From positions 555 to 64,554 of the forward strand of contig CAZODA010000012.1 in assembly GCA_964578485.1 (NCBI GenBank): a stretch of DNA of 64,000 bases, given 5' to 3'. Under the pieces are notes generated by a model. That model was not told the DNA's origin and ran no database searches. It was given only the letters and a program-made list of their open reading frames with translations. Shown in pieces: positions 60,464 to 64,000 of this stretch (its first letter is position 1; every line of letters begins with the position of its first letter). The DNA is from an uncultured Alkalitalea sp. GTDB taxonomy: Bacteria > Bacteroidota > Bacteroidia > Bacteroidales > Marinilabiliaceae. Made by a program: the position numbers and the translations under genes.

Positions 60464-60790
60464 TAAGTTTTAAATTTGGTACAAAACATGTTTTCCACCA
60501 TAATTTGCTCTACTCACAAGCAGCTAAATATTTTCACCTTTATAAAGTTTGTCTTAGGCGGCTTTACAATATCTTCTATAATTTTTCTCTTCAAAAGTAA
60601 ACTACAGTTTTCTTGCCTTAGATATAAAATGCAGGTGCCACCAAAAAAGAAGGGATAAAACTTACAATATTTTAGTGGCAACCTGCAGGAAGAGACTTTT
60701 ATCTGTTTACCACAGATTTATAAGCTTCAAAAATTATTGATCAAGTTTTTTATTTTTAGGGCTAAACTTAGAGTACTGCAAAATTTCCTT

Positions 60791-60961
60791 TTATTCTAAG
60801 TAGCGGTTTAAAAGGATATAAGCTACCACTCCTAATATAATTAGCAAGCCTCCGACAGCTAAGAAGGTATTATTGGTTAAGTTATTAATAATATACACAC
60901 TCAAGAGGATCACTCCTACAAGGATCAGAAAGACCCCTGAAAATTTCAAAAAGTTCTTCAT
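60791..60961 (-). CDS. possible small two-TM membrane protein (56 aa)
   Basis: Below the ORF-track cutoff. Own translation: MKNFLKFSGVFLILVGVILLSVYIINNLTNNTFLAVGGLLIILGVVAYILLNRYLE. It has two clean hydrophobic helices joined by a polar turn, ATG and TAA, and a strong hairpin about 100 nt downstream. Confidence 0.4.
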   Translation of the reverse strand: MKNFLKFSGVFLILVGVILLSVYIINNLTNNTFLAVGGLLIILGVVAYILLNRYLE

Positions 60962-61208
60962 AACAGATTATTTTTCATTTTTGTTAAATTTACAAACAGC
61001 TAAGGATTTTTCAAATTATTTTCATAATAAAAACTTTAAATCTTATATTCAAAGGTCTCATTCTATCAATAATTTTTTATTCACTAATTTGAATTTTATA
61101 TTTGCATTATAGCCGATATTAAAAAAACATATTCTATCTTAAAGCATTCAGTCTATAATAATCAAAAAATTATCAATACCTTAAAATCTCAATTATTCTA
61201 ATACTAAG

Positions 61209-63821
61209 ATGGCACGAAAACAACCTGTTCAAACACCTTTGATGAAGCAATATTACAGTATCAAGAATAAACATCCTGATGCAATTTTGCTTTTCCGGGT
61301 TGGTGATTTTTATGAAACATTCTCGGATGATGCCATCAAGGTATCCGGCATTTTAGGTATCACTTTAACCCGCCGTGCCAATGGTGCTGCTCAGCACATA
61401 GAGTTAGCCGGTTTTCCTCATCATGCACTTGACACCTATTTACCAAAGCTTGTACGCGCAGGAGAACGTGTTGCTGTTTGTGACCAGCTTGAAGATCCGA
61501 AACTTGCTAAAACCATTGTTAAACGTGGTGTTACTGAATTAGTGACTCCCGGGGTTGCTATTAACGACAATATTTTAGAACACCGTGAAAATAATTTTTT
61601 GGCTGCTGTTCATCTTGATACAAGATACGGAGGCATAGCATTTTTAGACCTTTCAACCGGGGAGTTTCTTACTACTGAAGGAACACATGAGCATTTAGAA
61701 AAATTACTTTCCAGCTTTAAGCCCAAAGAAGTATTATATGAAAAAGCCAGGCGCTCATTGTTTACCGAAGTATTTGGTTCAAAATATTATATCTACCCCC
61801 TTGATGATTGGATTTTCACTGCTGAGACGGCTGATGATCGTTTATTAAAACATTTTGAAGCACGCTCTTTAAAAGGATTTGGGGTTCAGAACCTAAGGCT
61901 TGGCACAATTGCTGCGGGTGCTATTCTTCATTATCTTGATCTCACTCAGCATCATCAGATCAGCCATATCACCTCATTATCACGTATTGAAGAGGAAAAA
62001 TATGTATGGCTTGACAAATTTACAATTCGCAATCTTGAACTTTTTCAGTCAATAAATGAGGGAGGAAAAACATTGATTGATGTAATGGATAAAACCATTA
62101 CATCTATGGGAAGTCGTATGTTAAAACGTTGGCTTGCCATGCCTTTAAAAGATGTACAGCCTATTATAGATCGTCATGAGGCTGTTGAATATTTTTTCAG
62201 AGAGCCCGGGCTAAGGAGCAGTCTTGAAAATCATTTACGTCCTATTGGTGATTTAGAAAGGTTGGTATCGAAGGTTTCAGTTGGTCGTCTTACTCCAAGA
62301 GAAATGAATCAGCTTAAAACTGCCCTTGAAAATATAGAACCTATTAAAGAATACTGCATGCTTTCTAAAAACAAAAGCTTGCAAAATATTGGTGAACAGT
62401 TAAATCCTTGTCAATCGATTTATAAAAGGATAAAACATGAGATTGAAGCCGACCCCCCTGTTCAAATTAACAAAGGCGGTGTTATTCGCCCAGGTATTTC
62501 ACAAGAATTGGATGATCTGCGTGAAATAGCATTTTCGGGTAAAGATTATCTCTCGAAATTACAAAAGCGAGAAAGTGAAAGAACAGATATTCCAAGTTTA
62601 AAAATTGGCTTTAACAATGTATTTGGCTATTATATTGAAGTTCGCAATACTCATAAAGACAAAGTTCCTGAAAACTGGATTCGCAAACAAACTCTTGTTA
62701 GCGCCGAACGCTACATTACTGAAGAATTAAAAGAGTATGAATCAAAAATACTTGGAGCTGAAGAAAAAATACTTGCACTTGAAAGTCGCCTTTACATGCA
62801 ATTATTAATGGCTGTATCAGAATTTATACCGGCTATTCAGCTTAACGCCACTCTTCTTGCCCGTTTAGACTGTTTAATTTCTTTTGCAGTTTTAGCTTCT
62901 GAAAACAATTATATAAGGCCGGAAATTAATGATACAGACGAAATAAATATTCGCTCCGGGCGTCATCCTGTTATTGAAAAAGAACTTCCTCCGGGTGAGG
63001 CTTATATTCCCAACGACATTCTACTAAATAACAGTCAACAACAGATAATAATAATAACGGGGCCTAATATGGCAGGTAAATCAGCCTTATTACGTCAAAC
63101 AGCTCTAATAATTCTTATGGCACAAACCGGCAGCTTTGTTCCTGTAGAAGCAGCATCCATAGGAGTAGTTGATAAAATTTTTACTCGCGTAGGCGCTTCC
63201 GATAATATATCGCGTGGTGAATCCACTTTTATGGTTGAAATGAATGAGGCAGCCAGCATACTCAATAACTTGTCGGATCGAAGCCTTGTATTATTTGATG
63301 AGCTGGGGCGAGGCACAAGTACTTACGATGGCATTTCAATAGCTTGGAGTATAGTTGAATATATCCACGAAAACAAAAAGGCCTTAGCTAAAACTCTATT
63401 TGCCACCCACTATCATGAGCTTAACGAAATGGCTAAAACATATAAAAGATGTAAGAACTTTAATGTTTCAGTAAAGGAAATTGATAACAAAGTGATCTTC
63501 CTTCGTAAATTAATACCCGGGGGAAGCAATCATAGTTTTGGAATTCATGTTGCACAAATGGCCGGAATGCCGAAAAGTGTGGTAAATCGTGCCAATGATA
63601 TTTTAAAAGAATTAGAAAACTCACATAAAAAAGGCAGCTTAAGCAAGCCCGTAGGTGATTTAGCACAACAGCGCGAAGGCTTTCAGCTAAGCTTTTTTCA
63701 GTTAGACGATCCTGTTCTCAAACAAATTCGTGACCGCATTGCAGGTATTGATATCAACAATCTTACACCTATGGATGCACTTAATCAGTTAAATGAAATT
63801 AAAAAAATAGCAGGCTTATAA
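61209..63821 (+). CDS. mutS: DNA mismatch repair protein MutS
   Basis: 870 aa with the mismatch-binding GDFYETF, Walker A GPNMAGKS, and [12 protein letters not shown]. Confidence 0.95.
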   Translation: MARKQPVQTPLMKQYYSIKNKHPDAILLFRVGDFYETFSDDAIKVSGILGITLTRRANGAAQHIELAGFPHHALDTYLPKLVRAGERVAVCDQLEDPKLAKTIVKRGVTELVTPGVAINDNILEHRENNFLAAVHLDTRYGGIAFLDLSTGEFLTTEGTHEHLEKLLSSFKPKEVLYEKARRSLFTEVFGSKYYIYPLDDWIFTAETADDRLLKHFEARSLKGFGVQNLRLGTIAAGAILHYLDLTQHHQISHITSLSRIEEEKYVWLDKFTIRNLELFQSINEGGKTLIDVMDKTITSMGSRMLKRWLAMPLKDVQPIIDRHEAVEYFFREPGLRSSLENHLRPIGDLERLVSKVSVGRLTPREMNQLKTALENIEPIKEYCMLSKNKSLQNIGEQLNPCQSIYKRIKHEIEADPPVQINKGGVIRPGISQELDDLREIAFSGKDYLSKLQKRESERTDIPSLKIGFNNVFGYYIEVRNTHKDKVPENWIRKQTLVSAERYITEELKEYESKILGAEEKILALESRLYMQLLMAVSEFIPAIQLNATLLARLDCLISFAVLASENNYIRPEINDTDEINIRSGRHPVIEKELPPGEAYIPNDILLNNSQQQIIIITGPNMAGKSALLRQTALIILMAQTGSFVPVEAASIGVVDKIFTRVGASDNISRGESTFMVEMNEAASILNNLSDRSLVLFDELGRGTSTYDGISIAWSIVEYIHENKKALAKTLFATHYHELNEMAKTYKRCKNFNVSVKEIDNKVIFLRKLIPGGSNHSFGIHVAQMAGMPKSVVNRANDILKELENSHKKGSLSKPVGDLAQQREGFQLSFFQLDDPVLKQIRDRIAGIDINNLTPMDALNQLNEIKKIAGL

Positions 63822-63921
63822 ATTAAGATACATTAATGTTAGATATTTGTTATAATTAAACTTTCATATGATTTAAAATGCTTTTTCATAGCATAAATCG
63901 GATAAAATTTCTTGGTGTGAT

Positions 63922-63951
63922 TTTGGAAAAAAGAAAAAAGATGTATCTTTG
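63922..63951 (+). promoter_or_regulatory. candidate promoter for tRNA-Gly (-33 TTTG, -7 TATCTTTG)
   Basis: TTTG lies at 63922-63925 and TATCTTTG at 63944-63951, with an 18-nt spacer. The site is 11 nt before the tRNA 5' end. Confidence 0.4.
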
Positions 63952-63962
63952 TAGCAGAAAAT

Positions 63963-64000
<38 letters not shown>

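Noticed and set aside
60476-61112. Track ORFs 60476-60658 (+) and 60873-61112 (+) as genes.
   Set aside because: Their sequences are AT-driven and low-complexity (F, I, K, L, N rich) with no motifs. The second is antisense to the more convincing 56-aa membrane ORF.

Overview
AT-rich (mid-30s % GC by eye) chromosomal segment of a Bacteroidota bacterium. The assignment rests on the type IX secretion genes porV/porU/gldJ, a type III glutamine synthetase, TAnnTTTG-type -7 promoter boxes and the absence of Shine-Dalgarno sites. A biotin-dependent decarboxylase and Rex hint at an anaerobic lifestyle. Most of the window is densely packed housekeeping: tgt, rsmG, rpmH, rluD, ddl, glnN-type GS, yebC, gpmI, ispF, murF, folC, secDF, tatA, lolD, mutS, and tRNA-Phe, tRNA-Val and a partial tRNA-Gly. 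I see no recognisable defence, toxin-antitoxin, CRISPR, prophage or secondary-metabolite system. Five things are not ordinary. (1) The T9SS block porV-porU-porU'-gldJ holds two full-length tandem paralogues of the sortase PorU, both apparently catalytically intact. (2) A modular intergenic repeat family occurs at three loci (about 25.05-25.24 kb, 46.28-46.72 kb, 57.15-57.30 kb). It is built from 7-nt tandem arrays, 20-28 nt palindromes with fully compensatory cores, and a GCGNAGC-containing box. It shows tandem duplication, heptad copy-number change and module inversion. (3) A three-gene secreted glycoside-hydrolase islet (frameshifted first gene, GH78, GH30) is flanked by a decayed IS3-type transposase and tRNA-Phe. 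(4) A MacB-type ABC transporter has an ATPase that keeps Walker A/B but has lost the Q-loop Gln, the LSGGQ signature and the H-loop His. It sits next to a sigma-54-type two-component system. (5) Several smaller structural oddities are listed under findings. All coordinates and motifs were read by eye from the sequence and ORF track. No similarity search or statistics were run.
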